A program made the position numbers and the translations under genes. A stretch of DNA of 64,000 bases, taken from NCBI RefSeq assembly GCF_009914755.1, contig NC_060932.1, one strand, 5' to 3'. Below are positions 38,563-55,695 of the stretch, in pieces. The first letter of the stretch is position 1. Every line of letters starts with the position of its first letter. The notes under the pieces were generated by a model. It saw only the letters and a list, made by a program, of their open reading frames with translations. It did not search any database and had not been told where the DNA came from. Source of the stretch: the human T2T-CHM13v2.0 reference genome, Homo sapiens.

Positions 38563-39733
38563 ATGGGTGAGCAGGGCAGGGAGCAGAGCATCTCATCCAG
38601 TTGTGTGAAGGTGGAGGGGTGTGGTCTTCAACGATGAGACTTAGGAGATGTCCCTGAGCGAGACCAAGCAGAGAGCCGCCAGCAGCCTGGCTGACATCCC
38701 CAATGCCAGTCATCTGTCTGGCAGAGGAGTGGCACTTCAGCAACCCTCTTTGAACCTGAACATTGGGGTAGAGGAAGGAGTACTAGATTCTGGCACCATC
38801 TTGGGTACACGTGCATCTGTAGAATGTCTCTCAGGTCCCTTCCTGCTCTCTCTAAAGCTGTTGCTCTGCACAGTAGGACACCAGCCACTTTATCTACTGC
38901 TATTACCATGAGGACCCGTTAAGTAAGTCACTTGTGCTCACAAATCAGAGAGGGAGGCCACAGGGGCAAAGGGGAGCAGAGATGGGCAGAACAGTCTGGG
39001 GCAGAGTCTGCAGGGACACAACAGCCTGACCACAGGGAATCTGAACAAAGAAGCCTGCCTTGGTACGGGGTACCCAAGACCTCAGGGAAACCTGGCACCA
39101 GAATGAAGCAAGAGATTTCCTGGGAAAGGAGGGCCCTTGCTGGAACAGAGCTTCAACCAAACTGCAACGCCACTGGTGAGTGGGTCAGCCTTGGCTGAAA
39201 GATCCAAACCAGAGTCCTGCACTAAGGCAACCAGCGAGATTCCTGCCTTCACTCTATCTCCCTGGGGCATGGTGGGCAGGGGAGCACAAAGAAGAAGAAG
39301 GTACTTAATGATAGGAAGGCAAACCAGATAAAACAAGGGACAGAAGGCCCTGGGAGCCCTCCCTAGATTTAAACAAGGAGAAAAAAGCCTGTGTTTACAG
39401 GAGAACCAGCCTGTGTGCAAGGGAGATGGGAGGAAAGAAATACAAGGTACAGAGTAAGAAACCATTTCCCTTGGAGTCTTTAAAACTTTTCTCCTTATTC
39501 TTCTTCACAACAACGTGTACTTGCACAATCTACTGAAGCAGCAATTCATATCAGAGAAGCAGAATTAGCAGAGAGGCTACAAAACACCCACCTCGTGTCA
39601 TGTCAGCTGAGTTCCAGAAACAGGGTGCCTAAGAGTTTACTGAAGCCTGCGGCCCAGGTCTAAACCCAGTGACAGACTCTGCCATCCCGCAGACACAAGC
39701 CACTCCCCTGAAACACTCTATGAGGATGTGATT

Positions 39734-40215
39734 GTGAGTGAAGAATTAACTTTACCCAAAGAGAAGTCTGGCCTTTGCCCTTGGCTACAGGGAGGTGATT
39801 TCTAGGCCCCCGGATGTCCCTCCTGATGTCCTATGTTGTAGTTGGGAGAGAGGTAACTTTGCTCAGGACTCCATGGGTGGACCAAAAGCTCCACGTCTAG
39901 AACCTTCCCAGTCTGCAACTTTACCCACACACCTCTCTCCCTTTAACTGGCTCTCTGATTTGCATCCTTTGAGTATAATCAAATTATAATCATGAGGACA
40001 GGGCTTTCCTGAGTTGTGTGAGTTATTCTAGCAAATTATCAAAGCTGAGAGAGGCCGCAGGGACCTTCCAAATCTGTAGTAGTAAGAAAGAAGTAAAGGT
40101 GGTCCAGGAGACCCTCCAAACTTGTGGCTGGTATCAGGAGTCTTGGGCAGACTTGGTCGTCTTGCGGAGAACTGTGCCCTTAAGCTTGAGTTTGGCAAAC
40201 TTACTATTGCGGGGT
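39734..40215. mobile_element. MER21-like ERV LTR remnant
   Basis: gtctggcctttgccc...gggaggtgatttct and ctttcctgagttgtgtgagttattctagcaaattatcaaa resemble MER21-type LTRs. Confidence 0.55.
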
Positions 40216-43200
40216 AGCCAGTGTTTTCTCCACACAGACTCAATGGAGCACAGACAGCCACAGTGTTTGCACTTGCTGGAGCACAGCACAGCGTGTGGTA
40301 CAGCAGACATCGTGAGTCTCCACTCCCCCAGACTGGAGACTCCTCGAAGGCAGAGTCCCTGTCCTGATTACTTTTTATCCCCCTCGCACCTAACCTGGTG
40401 CCCTGAGCAGCAGGCAGCCAGCAAATCTGGGTGAATTAAACTGATGAGCAATGCACAATTAATTCCAAGGCAAGGAAAAAATAAAATCGGCCTGAAAGCT
40501 TTGGAAAACCTCAAACACGATGGTGACAAAACTAATCTTCCAGCTTGCTGCATCCATAATTCAGATCCTCAAGACCAATTAGCTAGCTAAAAATGAAATA
40601 TTCATGAATGAACTTGAATAATTTAAGCTCTGAAAATGAGTTGCTGCTGTCAACTACTCGCATTTTATGGCAGAGCTGAGAATCTTGGGACTGGGCAAGG
40701 AAAATCATGTAACCTCTAAATCAAAACATTTCAATGGAGTTAGCTTTAATTCCTCTTCCTCCCTCTGAATTCCTTTATTTAATCTGTCACTAAACTCTAT
40801 GGACTTTGCCCTAAAGATGTCTCTCCAGTAAATCCCCTCTCTGTTCACACAGCAACCTCACCACCCAGATGCCTGCACACGGTGTCCAGATTCCAGCCTC
40901 CTGCTCTGGGCTTTCTCTGCCTCCATCCCTCATCTGTCATTCCCTCACTCTAGAACCTTCCATTGTTCTGGATGATTTTGCCCACAACTCTCAGGCCTGG
41001 CCTTCAAGGTCCTTTAGCACGTGATCCAACCCTGCACATATGCACACACAGACACACACACCTGCACACACACACACATTCAGTGACCCCACTTCCTTCT
41101 TCCTCCCCCTTAACTGCTCAGGGCAATTTTCTAGACCTCCCCAAATATACACAGAGAATCCCCGTCTCTTTTCACTTACTTGTACTATTCTCCCAAGCTG
41201 TGACCACCTCCTTCACTACCAATCAGAGACCAAGCCCCAGTTCAAATCCTAACATGTCCGGTCCAGTTAAGACCTCAGTGCCTCCTCCATGAGGTGTCCC
41301 CAGCTAAGTGAGCAGGATGACTACCCCCACAGCTTGATGTGAATTACAGTGTGAGCCACACACACGTAGGGTGTGTATGCGCCCACACCACTCCCTGATT
41401 GTTTCGATTTTTCCCCACCTTTTATGACAAACCCTGAGGTCTGAGCTGGCCTTTTAATTCCTGGGTCCCACAGGGTCTCGAACGGAGCTGGATGTGGAGT
41501 AGATACAATTAATAAGTACACACTGATCCACTGTTTGATGATAGAAAAAGAAATATCTGGAAAAGAAGCCATTTCCTGTGTCCCCAGTTTCCAAAAGGAA
41601 GAAAGGGCTGAGCCACAGTGCCTCTTAACTCTGCTCTAAATCCACAGTTTGGGGACAACTTCCTCTTAGTCAGAAAATCATCCTTGCAGATCCAAGGCCA
41701 AAAACTGGCAAGGGGCAGAGAATCGGCCAAAGGATTACTTCTAACTCAATCAAAACACAACGTGAACACTATGAAAAAATAGCCCAACATTATCAACAAT
41801 TTAATAACGTAAGCCCTTTATTTGTGCATCACTCAAGTTTGCAAGGCACTTTCCCAGCTATTATCTCATTTTAGCCTTATAAAAATCTTAAGAGATGGAT
41901 GCAGCAAACACAACGTCCTCAATGGGAGAAGAAACAAGGGACACAACGGTTCAAGTGGCTTGGCGCATCTTCCAGAACCAGCTGCTGAGCACGCAGAACT
42001 GGAATTTGGGTTTCCTTATTCCCAGTCAAAAATGTATCTGCAGAATCACATACCCCTGAAGCATGGGTAAGAAAAGGTCAGCACTACACACTTTAATAGA
42101 GACAATCTGTGCTGTGCAGAGAATGCTGGCTTGGAGCTGGACCGACCTGGGTTCAAATCTCCCCTGAGCCTCCGTTTCCAATGCGAAAAATAAACACAAA
42201 ACTGCCTCTATTTTATAGAGTCACTACTGATAAAAGCAATCCATTACAATGCTGGGCACAGAACTCAGGAGATGACTGATAAATGGCAACTGTTTAATAT
42301 TATGGCCATAGTCATGAAGATTCTGACTTAGAATATCTCTTTTAAGAAACTATTATCCTCCCACCTGGTCCACAGTTAGATAATGTGATTTCTTGATGTA
42401 CATGCATTCTCATTCATTCTGACTCAATACGCATTTTTTCCTTGAGTTCTTCATTTTAAAATAGCTCTCACACCAGGAAATCCAATGTAGAATTAAAGGC
42501 ACACAAATTTTATTATGCCTAAAACCCTGGATACGGCCAGCTTCCCAGCACTCGCACAGGGCAGCTCAATCTCTAATCACACCAACTCAAGAATTTTGGA
42601 AAATCCTGAAAGACTAACATTTTAAGGCCCTGACAGTCAATCTCCCTGACGTTTATTTCCAAAGCTCAGGAAGCAATAGGAGAGACAATGAATTATTTAT
42701 CATAAATAGGGGAACACAAGCCTCTTAGGTTTATGAGGAATGCAACATCCCCTTTGCAGGGACAGACTGCATCCTGTTCCACAATGCCAGGCACCAGGGA
42801 GGCTGAAGGCATCCCAAGCCTGCTCCTTGTACTTTTACCAGCCATATCGTGGAAATGCCACGTAAATAATGGTGATAACTAATCATTATTAAGCACATAT
42901 ATCTCAGGCACCATGCTAAGCACTTCACATGCACGTCCTCATTTAATCCCCAAGGGAGGCATTAGTATGATCCCCATCATATAGTAGAGGTCACTGAGGC
43001 TTAAGAAGATTAACTTATTTGCTCCAAGGTCAGGGAATTAATAAATGGCAGAATCAGGAATTGAATACAGACCTGTTTGCCTCAAAGTCAGTGAACTTCA
43101 TACCCATGTCATAGCAAGTCCTTTGGACAGTTCAATTAATATCTAAGCACAGAAATAATATACTTTGACCTCTTCACTAAGTTCTGCAGGAAAATGACGA

Positions 43201-44234
43201 TAGTCTCATGCAGTGACAAGCTTCAGTGTGATCCCACTCCCTGGGCTGGAAAGTACACGGATGTAAGGTACAGGAGGGTACAATGTCTAACAGGCAGTCA
43301 CTATGGACTAAGGCATCATGTATGAACATGCACTTGTCTCAGAACCTATGAAAAAGGTCAGTATCTTATCTCTCTTTGACAGGTGACAAAAGTCACAGCC
43401 ATGCCACTTGTCTAAGTCCCCAGCAGAGCCTCAAGGCTGTGGTGCAGGCTGTACCCTGTGTGAGGCGGTGATTGAAGACTTACCAGGGCCAAATTCCACT
43501 AGCCAAGCTGTGTGCTCCGGCACTGGCTGCATCAGCCCTGAGCACGTTTTATGTTTGTTCACCCAGAAACAGCTCCTGTTACTAGCTCATCCCCTCAGAA
43601 TGGGGGCGCCTTTTGTAATCTGCACAAAGGTCCCTATGTGCCAGCCAAGGCTCCAGCAATCACATGAAAGCTCCAGGAATGGAGCCTAAGTCTGATTCCA
43701 AGACGTGTGCCCTTTCCACTACACTGCGCTGCTGACCAGGGCAGATCAGAGTGCTCAACATTCGTACATGCACTCAGAATGACTGGATTTGTGGTAAATG
43801 CCCAGAAGAGACAACATACAGATTTAAACATAGACATCAACTTCCCCTGGGAAGCCTCCTTTTACCCTCACATTAGAGGACGTCTTTAGCAGCCTGAACT
43901 TAACCGCGCAGAGGCACTCGCCCTGCTGCACTGAAACTGCCTTTTTGCCTATTTGCCATTCACCAGCTAGGGGGCCAGAGTCAACAGCCTGTGGGCCCCT
44001 CCTGCAGCCCCAGCACCTAGCACAGCACCCAGACATACAGCAGGCACCCAACAAACAGTTAATGACTAAAGAGATGGAAAGGGGGAGGGGAGAGGAGAGG
44101 AAAGATAAGAAAGGAAGAATTCCTGCAGAGGGTCTGAAATCAGAGAGAAAATGGGAGAGCCAAAACGAGGCTCTCGGGAGACCCATGTACATTCTTCCTC
44201 AATTGCCCCAGCCTCCATCAGGATAAATGAATGC

Positions 44235-44837
44235 ATGCGTGTGCACACACACTCTCACACACACATGCTCATACACACCCATATACAAAATCATACACGT
44301 GCACACACATATCCATATACACAATCATACACACATACACAAGCACCTATACAACCACACACACATGCACACTCACACACGTACACAACCACATACACAA
44401 CCCATGTACACAACCACATACACATGTGCACACTCCCAAATGTACCGTATACACAATCTCACACACAAACGTGCACTTACACATGTGCCCACAACCACAC
44501 ACACGTGCACTTACACATATGCCCACGACACACAGCACACTCACAAACGTGCCCATATTCACAATCACACACACATGTATACTCACAATGTGCCCAGATA
44601 TGCAATCACACACATGCACACTCGCATGCGCACATATACAGTATCACACACGTGCACACTCACACACCATCTATATACACAATCACACAACGTGCACACT
44701 CAAACGTGCCTATATACACAATCACATGCACACACACAAACACACCCATATACACACATACCTGTGTACTCACAAACACACCCATACACATACACACAGA
44801 GATATGATCACACACACGCACATGGGATCACACACAC
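44235..44837. repeat. About 600-bp degenerate (CA)n tract, UG-rich on the ZFAT pre-mRNA
   Basis: Direct reading; produces spurious His/Thr-rich ORFs in all three + frames. Confidence 0.95.
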
Positions 44838-45599
44838 GAGAATGAGCTTGGTCCATTAGGAAATTTCTTCTTGGATCACAGCCAGAGGTTTGATGAGGAA
44901 AAGAGAAGGAAAATGAAAGGTCTTTCTGCAGACCACTTCCTACATGAGCAAAAAAGATTAAAAGGCTATAAAATAAACCAGAGGATTTCAGTGGCTTCAC
45001 GTTATAACGAGAGACCAAAATAATAAATCAATTACTACTCAGTTAAAGGTTTAATTAAACCATTTCAAGTAGCTCTCAATTTAAAATGAATTGTGAAGGT
45101 TAAACCTGAATGAAAATCATTAGAGAGAAACTAAGCCTCTACAAGCCTCAAATTTTATGAACTTTCACAAAGAGAAAAAGAAAGACTTGAAGTTCATAAT
45201 GAAAGACTTTTTAAAATTTTTTGTCATGTTAAGAGGCTGAGTTTAACTAAGGAATTCATGCTTTTTAAAATTAAACTACACAGACAAAAGTAGTTTAGTA
45301 TACACACACACACAAAAAAGAAAACACACGGAAGAAGAATTTGTCAAAAGTAAATTATTTAATAAAAGAAAATAATTTATAAAAGTAGGCTCAATGATAA
45401 GAATTTGATTATTCCTGGACTACCACCATAACATGCAAATAACATCAAATCAGCTGGGCCTAAATCCCTCCCTCTCACTTACTATATAGGTAATCTTGAA
45501 CATGCTGTTTTAACTCCTCTGAGTCTCTAAGCCACATATTCCTCAATTATAAAATCTGGGCATCAGCCAGGAAATAGATGTGAATAACCCTATAAACCA

Positions 45600-48008
<2,409 letters not shown>

Positions 48009-48980
48009 AAAGAGAGAGAAGGATCTGAAAGATAAAAGAACTATCTCAAATCAATAGCCTACCCTTTCCAACCTAAGAAAAAAAAACAGAAGCAAGCTAA
48101 ATCCAATACAAGCAGAAGGACAGAAATAATAATGCCTAGAATGGAAAGAGATTATATAAAATATAGAAAAAGAAAAGAGAAAATCAACAAAACCAATGTT
48201 TTTCAAAGATTAAGAAAATGCCAAACCTTCAGCTAAACTTACCAAGAAAAAATAGCAAGACCTAATTTGTTAAAATCAATAATGAAAGGGAGAACATTAC
48301 CATTTAATCTTACAAAAATCAAAATAATTATTAGAGAATATTAAGAACAATTATATGTCAACAAATTAGACAATCTAGACAAAATGGAAAATTCCCTAGA
48401 AAGACAAACTACTGAACCTAATTCAAAAATAGCAAAGATGCATACACCTATAACAAGAGATTGAATCAGTGAAAAAATAAAAAGCCCAGGACCAAATAGT
48501 CTCACTGGTGAATTCTACCAAATGTTTAAAGAAGAATTAACACCAATACTTAAAAATTTTTCCAAAAAATAGAAGAGGAGGGAACACTTCTCAAGTCATG
48601 CTATGAGGCCACTATTACCCTGAAACCAAAACCAAAGACATCAAAGACTCTAGACCAATATCTCTTATGAATATAAATGCAAATATGTTTAACAAAATAC
48701 TAGGAAACTGAATCCAGCAGCACAGCAAAAGGATTATGCAACATGACCAAATGAGATCTATCCAAAAGTTACAAGGGTGATGCATCCTGGCATGTAAAAA
48801 CATCAGTGTAATATACCATATTAATACAACAAATAAGAAAAAAAACCACATGGTCATCTCAACAAACTCAGAAAAAACATCTGACAAAATCCAACACCAT
48901 TTTATGATTTAAAAAATAAACAACACTCAACAAACCAAGAATAAAAAGAGCTTCCTTAACCTAATGAAGAACATCTATCT

Positions 48981-48982
<2 letters not shown>

Positions 48983-49022
<40 letters not shown>
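48983..49022. repeat. (CA)n microsatellite within L1
   Basis: Direct reading. Confidence 0.95.
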
Positions 49023-49024
<2 letters not shown>

Positions 49025-49613
49025 ATCATACTTAATGGTAAAAGACTGGATACTTTCTTTCTAAGATAGTATCAGAACAAGAATGTCCACTCATCATTTC
49101 CACTCAACCCTGTACTGGAGTTTCTTGCCAGGGAAATTGGGCAAGAAAATAAAATACAAAGAATCCAGATTAGAAAGGAAAAAGTAAAATTATCTCTAGT
49201 CACAGATGACAAGATTATATGTAAAGACTCCTGAGGAATACACTAGAAAACTAATAAACAAGTTTTTAGAAGTTTTTTTAAAAAACTAATAAACAAGTTC
49301 ACAAGATCTAATAAACAAGTCCAGCAAAATTGCAGGATAAAATATCTATATACAAATAACAGTTGTATTTATAAACTAGCAATGAGCAATCTGAAAATAA
49401 ATTATGAAAATAGTTCCATTTACAGTAGCATCGAAAAGAATAGAATACTTAGGAATTAAAGTAATCAAGGAGGAGTAAGACTTGAACATTGAAAAATACA
49501 ACACATTGTTGAAAGACATTAAACAAGACCTAAATTTAAATGGAAAGATATTCCATGTTCATGGATTGGAAGGTTTAAAATTGTTAAGATGGCAGTAGTC
49601 TCTAAATGGATCT

Positions 49614-50317
49614 TGATACAGCTTGGCTCTGTGTCCCCACCCAAATCTCACCTCGAATTATAACCCCCATAATCTCAACATGTCAAGGGTGGGACCAGGT
49701 GGATGTAATGGGATCACTGGGGCAGTTTCCCCCATGCCGTTCTCGTGATAAGTGAGTTCTCATAAGATCTGATGGGTTTATAATCGTCTGGCATTTCCCC
49801 TTGTTTGCACTCACTCTGTCCTGCTGCCCTGTGAAGAAGGTTCCTGCTTCTCCTTTGCCTTCTACCATGACTGTAAGTTTCCTGAGGCCTCCTCAGCAAT
49901 GAGGAACTATGAGTCAATTAAACCTCTTTTCTTTTTTATTTTTTTTCTTTTTTTTTTTTTGAGACAGAGTCTCGCTCTGTCACCCAGGCTGGAGTGTAGT
50001 GGTGCCATCTTGGCTCACTGCAACCTCTGCCTCCTGGGTTCAAGTGATTCTTCTGCTGCCTCAGCCTCCCGAGAAGCTGGGACTACAGGCCCACGTGCCA
50101 CCACACCCAGCTAATTTTTGTATTTTTAGTAGAGACGGGGTGTCACCATAATGGCCAGGCTGGTCTCGAACTCCTGACCTCATGATCCGCCCACCTCAGC
50201 TTCCCAAAGTGCTGGGATTACAGTCGTGAGCCACTGCGCCCGGCCTAAACCTCTTTTCTTTATAAATTACCCAGTCTCAGGTATTTCTTCACAGCAGTTT
50301 GAGAATGGACTAATACA
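49614..50317 (+). mobile_element. THE1D-like solo LTR inserted in L1 ORF2 and interrupted by an Alu
   Basis: TG...CA ends; perfect TSD gatct. Confidence 0.85.
49932..50245 (-). mobile_element. AluS (Sg-like) inserted in a THE1 LTR
   Basis: Poly(T) then reverse Alu; TSD taaacctcttttctt. Confidence 0.93.
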
Positions 50318-51399
50318 GATCTAATGCAATCTTTATCAAAAATCCAACTGTCTTTTTTGAAGAAATAGACAAGCTGATCCTAAAATTCATATGGAACTGC
50401 AAAGGACCCTGAAAAGTCAAAACAATCTTGATAAAGAAGAACAAAGTTGGAAGATTCAAACTTCCCCATTTCAAAACTTACTACAGTTACAGCCATCTAA
50501 ACAGCATACTACTGACATTAGAAGAGACGTATTGATCAATGAAATAGAATTAAGAGTCCAGAATTAAACTCATACATTTGTACTCAATTGATTTTTGACA
50601 AGGGTGCCAAAACCTCTCAATGGGAAAAGAACAGTCTTGTCAACAAATGATGTTGGGACAACTGAATAACCACATGTAAAAGAACAAATTTGGAACCCTA
50701 CCTCACATCATATGCAAAAATTAACTTAAAATGGATCAAAGACTTAAATGCTTAACATCATTAATCATCAAAAATGCAAACCAAAACCACAATGAAATAC
50801 CAGTTCACATTCACTGGGATGGGTACAAACCAAAATGTGAAAATTAACAAGTGTTGGCAACGATGTGGAGAAATTGGATCCTTTATATGCTGTTGACTGA
50901 AATGTTTTTAAATGGTGCACCTCCCATTGAAAAAAGTTTGACAGTCCTTGAAAAACTTAAATATAGAATTGACATATGACCCAGCAATCCCACTCCTTGG
51001 TATATATCCAAGAGAAATGAAAACAAATATTCATGTGAAAACTTGTAAACAAATGCTGATAGAAGCATTATTCAGTAGCCTAAAAGTGAAAACAACTCAA
51101 ATGTCTATCAAAAGAGGAATGGATACACAATATGTAGCATATGCATACAATGAAATATCACTCAGCCATAAAAAAGGAATGAAGCACTGATACATGCTAC
51201 AATATGGATGAATCTTGAATGACTGCTTAATGGGTACAGAGCTATTTTTGGAGTAATGAAAATGTTCTGGAATTAGGTAGTTGTAGAAGTTGTACAATCT
51301 TGTAAACACACTAACACCATTGAATTTTGTATTTTAAAATTCTTAAAATGGCTAATTTTATCTCATATGAATTTTATCTAAAAATAACAGGTAAAAAAT

Positions 51400-52905
51400 A
51401 GTGAACTGGAAAATGGATCAGAAGTAAATACGCAGAATGCAGCACAAGATAAAAGCAAAGAAAACATAAAAGTTAGGGTAAAGGTATAGAGAAGGACTAG
51501 CAAATATTTAAGTCACAGAAAGATAATGAAGCAGAGGCAATACCAAAAGGCAGAACAGTTTATATTCTTCTAAAATTTATAAAAATCATAAATCTATAGG
51601 TTTAAGAAGACCAACTAACATCGATGTAAAAATGTACTTAATCCTACCTGGATGCATCACAGTAAAACTTTAGAAAACCAAAAACAAAGAGACTAGGGAA
51701 TTAAAGCACTTAAAGTCAGATTGACAGCTGGCATCCTAACAACAATAAAAGCCAGGATTCAATGAAATAATATTTTCAATGTGCTGAAATGAAAAAAAAA
51801 AGCCAACCTACAATCCTATCCCCAAGAAAAATATATATTAAAAATAAAGACAATAGGCTGGGCATGGTGGCTCACGCCTCTAATCCCAGCACTTCGGGAG
51901 CCTGAGGCAGGCAGATCACGTGATGTCAGGAGTTCAAGACCAGCCTGGCCAAAATGGCAAAACCCCATCCCTAGTAAAAATATAAAAATTAGCCAGAAAT
52001 GGCTTGAACCCAGGAGGTGGAGGTAGCAGTGAGCCCAGATCGTGCCACTGCACTCCAGCCTGGGCAAATGAGCGAGACTCTGTCTCAAAATAATAATAAT
52101 AAAGGCAATAATTAGGACCACATCAGATAAACAATAACCAGGAGAGTTCATGATGAGCAGCTCCATTCAGATTTCTTTACAAAGAAATCTAAAGTGTATT
52201 CTATAGCAGAAAAAAACTCATCCATGGATGGAGATGGAATGGATGCAGAGCCAAGGACTGAAGAGCCGGAAAGTCATAAATATGTAGCTAAATCTAAATG
52301 AACACTTACTGTATAAAATAATCATTATCATGCATTGTGAGGTTTAAAATGAGTACACACAGATTCTCTAAAGACAAGTGTTAATATTTTCTATACAAAG
52401 AGCTCCTACAAATCAATAAAGAGCAAACAAAAACATAGACAACTGATATGAACAGTAATTCACAGATGTGTAAATAGCCATTAAACAGTAAACATGGTCA
52501 ACCTCACTAGTGACCAGCAAAATGCAAATTAAAATGATACACCATTTTTTGTCTATCAAATTGGCAAAAACTCTTTAAAATAAGATAATATCCTTGGGTT
52601 GATGTGGATATGGAAAAACAGAAGATCTTAGATCCTAGTGAGAATATAAATGGATAAAACCTTTCCAGAGAGCATTCTGATAAAACCTAGCAAACTTTTC
52701 AATAAGCATACCCTCTACACAGCAATTCTCCTAGGAATATAGCCAACGTGAATGCACAATGTACAATGATATTCATGACAACATTTATTGTAACATTATT
52801 TATAATAGCACAAAATTAGAGAGAAAACATATGTCATCAAAAAAAGGTTGAGTAAATTATGCATTATCCATAGAAGTAAATACCATACAGACACTAAAAA
52901 AAATT
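51400..52905 (+). mobile_element. Very old L1 remnants (ORF1-like then ORF2/3' region, L1ME-like)
   Basis: A-rich degenerate L1 phrases (aacctcactagtgaccagcaaaatgcaaattaaaa...). Confidence 0.55.
51856..52103 (+). mobile_element. AluS with internal deletion of the start of the right arm
   Basis: aaaaattagccagaaatggcttgaaccc skips about 55 bp of consensus; TSD aataaag(a/g)caata. Confidence 0.9.
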
Positions 52906-52979
52906 AGGACATACAAATAATACAGTATTGTGTACTTAACATTTGCTAAAAGAGAAGGTCGGGTTTTTGGTGGGGTTTT

Positions 52980-53085
52980 TTTTTTCATTATTATTATTAT
53001 TATAATACTTTAAGTTTTAGGGTACATGTGCACAACGTGCAGGTTTGCTACAAATAGCAAAGACTTGGAACCAACCCAAATGTCT
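52980..53085 (-). mobile_element. Very short L1PA insertion with an inverted segment
   Basis: Reverse L1PA 3' end (atactttaagttttagggtacatgtgcacaacgtgcaggtttg) joined to forward ORF2 sequence (aatagcaaagacttggaaccaacccaaatgtc). Confidence 0.8.
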
Positions 53086-53093
53086 TTTTTTAA

Positions 53094-53444
<351 letters not shown>

Positions 53445-53836
53445 TGATAGATAAATGAGTTAGCTTGGCTGTGACTTCACAATGTATATGTATATCAAAA
53501 TATCACATATACACCGTAAATACATACAATTTTTGTCAATTATACCTCAATAAAACTAAAAAAAGAAATTAGGAGACATGTCGGTACTGAAATGAAGAAA
53601 TATCCAGTACATACTGCTGACATTTTTTTAAGGCTGCAGAACACATATTATGATCCCATTTTTGTTTCTTATTAAATAACAAAGCAACTAACAGTGTATT
53701 TATGTTTACATATGCAGACAAAAAGTCTGGAAGAACACTTGTTAGCACCATTATTTCTAGAACTTGGAGAGCAGTTAGAAAAACGTGCTTTCCCCATATT
53801 ATATTGCTTTAATTTTCTTTTACAGCAAGATTTCAG

Positions 53837-54133
<297 letters not shown>

Positions 54134-55187
54134 TTACTCTTATAATTGGAAAAAAAAGTACAAAGTAAAAGTGTAATTGCTTTGATGGGTTTACCCACAT
54201 AGTATATTCGCCCAGTAGAAGCACCAAAGTCAGTCTGGAGGAGATAAGGGAAGTTTTACAAGTGTGGGTTCACCTGCAACACCACGGAGGGAAAAAGGAG
54301 CCAGGGGCCTAGAGGACCTCCAGCTGTTCGGCTATAGAAGGAGCCTACAGTACCAAGAGAAGGGCCCCACCAGTGAATCCATGCTGCCAAGGGCACTCCA
54401 CAGAAGTCAGGGGTCTTATACTCGTCAGAAGGATCCCCAGGTCAGATGAGTTTGAGGAGCCCTGCTTTGGGTGGCAAAAGCCACTGAAGTTTCTTGAGCA
54501 AAGGGTGACAGCTGGGACGGAGGGAGGGCAGCAAGGCCCAAGGCAAGAAAGCAAGGACAACAAAATGTAATTCATTCACTGGACACACACGGAAGGGGCT
54601 GTACCCTGTGTCAGGCCCCATGCCAGGACCTGAGGCTAAGAGCTGAACAGCCCAAATCCCTTCTTTGGGACATTTCCTGACAAGCAAGAGAAACATAGAG
54701 ACAAATGAAAGCACACCCAGGTGAGACAGAACTGAAACAAGTCTAGTTGTGGGGTTCTGGGAGCCCAGAGAAAGGTCCTGCAGCCCCACTTGGGACCAAA
54801 AAGTGTTCCTCAGGGTGACCCCAAGCTGAGTGAGTCCCAGCCACATACAGGAGTGAACCAGCAAGAACACCTGCAAGGGGCTTCCCAGGCAGGGGTGGCC
54901 TTTGCATTCAGTTGCTCCTCCGCCAGCAGTCGGGGAACCGTGGCTGTAGATCAGTGATGAGAGGGAGGAGAGGGGCATGGGGGACGGTTGAGAGGGAGGT
55001 GAATCTCCGGGAAGGGGCAGGAGCTCAGGGCCAGCTCCTACATGAATGGCACTGTCTCTCACTAATGCTGGTTAGGCGTGGAAGGGTGGAAGTCGGAAAA
55101 TGCACCTTACAACACTGACACTCATAATTCTATGTGAATTCTGCTTTTTTAGCATTTATTCATTTCCTATTTATAAAAGAAATGAAA

Positions 55188-55478
55188 GGCGGGGTACGGT
55201 GGCTCACACCTGTAATCCCAGCATTCTGGGAGGCCTAGGTGGGTGGATTGCTTGAGTCTAGGAGTTTGAGACCAGCCTGAGCAACATAGTGAAACCCTGT
55301 CTATACAAAAAATACAAAAATTAGGTGGGTGTGGTGGCGGGTGCCTGTAGTCACAGCTACTCAGGTGGCTGAGGTGAGAGGAACGCTTGAGCCCAAAAGG
55401 TGGAGGTGGCAGTGAGCCAAGATCACGCCACTGCATTCGAGCCTGGGCAACAGAGTGAGACTCAGTCTCAAAAAGAAA
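55188..55478 (+). mobile_element. AluJ
   Basis: ggattgcttgag...gcttgagccc J-type positions; TSD-like aaaagaaatgaaa. Confidence 0.9.
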
Positions 55479-55695
55479 ATGAAAAAAATAAAAATTAAAA
55501 TTTCTCTCTTATCTACAACTCATTTAGAAAGAAGAGAATCTTAATAAGCAAAGAACTAAAAGCTTTGCAAGAGCCAGTCTAGAAGTTCTTTCCACCTTGA
55601 TCCACATGGCTTCGATCTGCCATATGAATTGGACAAGAGACATTATCCATTTTTCTGAGTCCATATACATTCAACCCCAGAGGCAGGTACCCAGA

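Larger units (their letters stand above)
48030..51380 (+). mobile_element. Second old L1 (L1MB-like) ORF2 and 3' UTR, interrupted by (CA)n, THE1 and Alu
   Basis: Degenerate ORF2 (YDPAIPLLGIYP in ORF 50948), many stops and frameshifts. Confidence 0.85.

Noticed and set aside
44151-44859. Three His/Thr-rich ORFs over 200 aa
   Set aside because: Translation of the degenerate (CA)n tract, which lacks stop codons.
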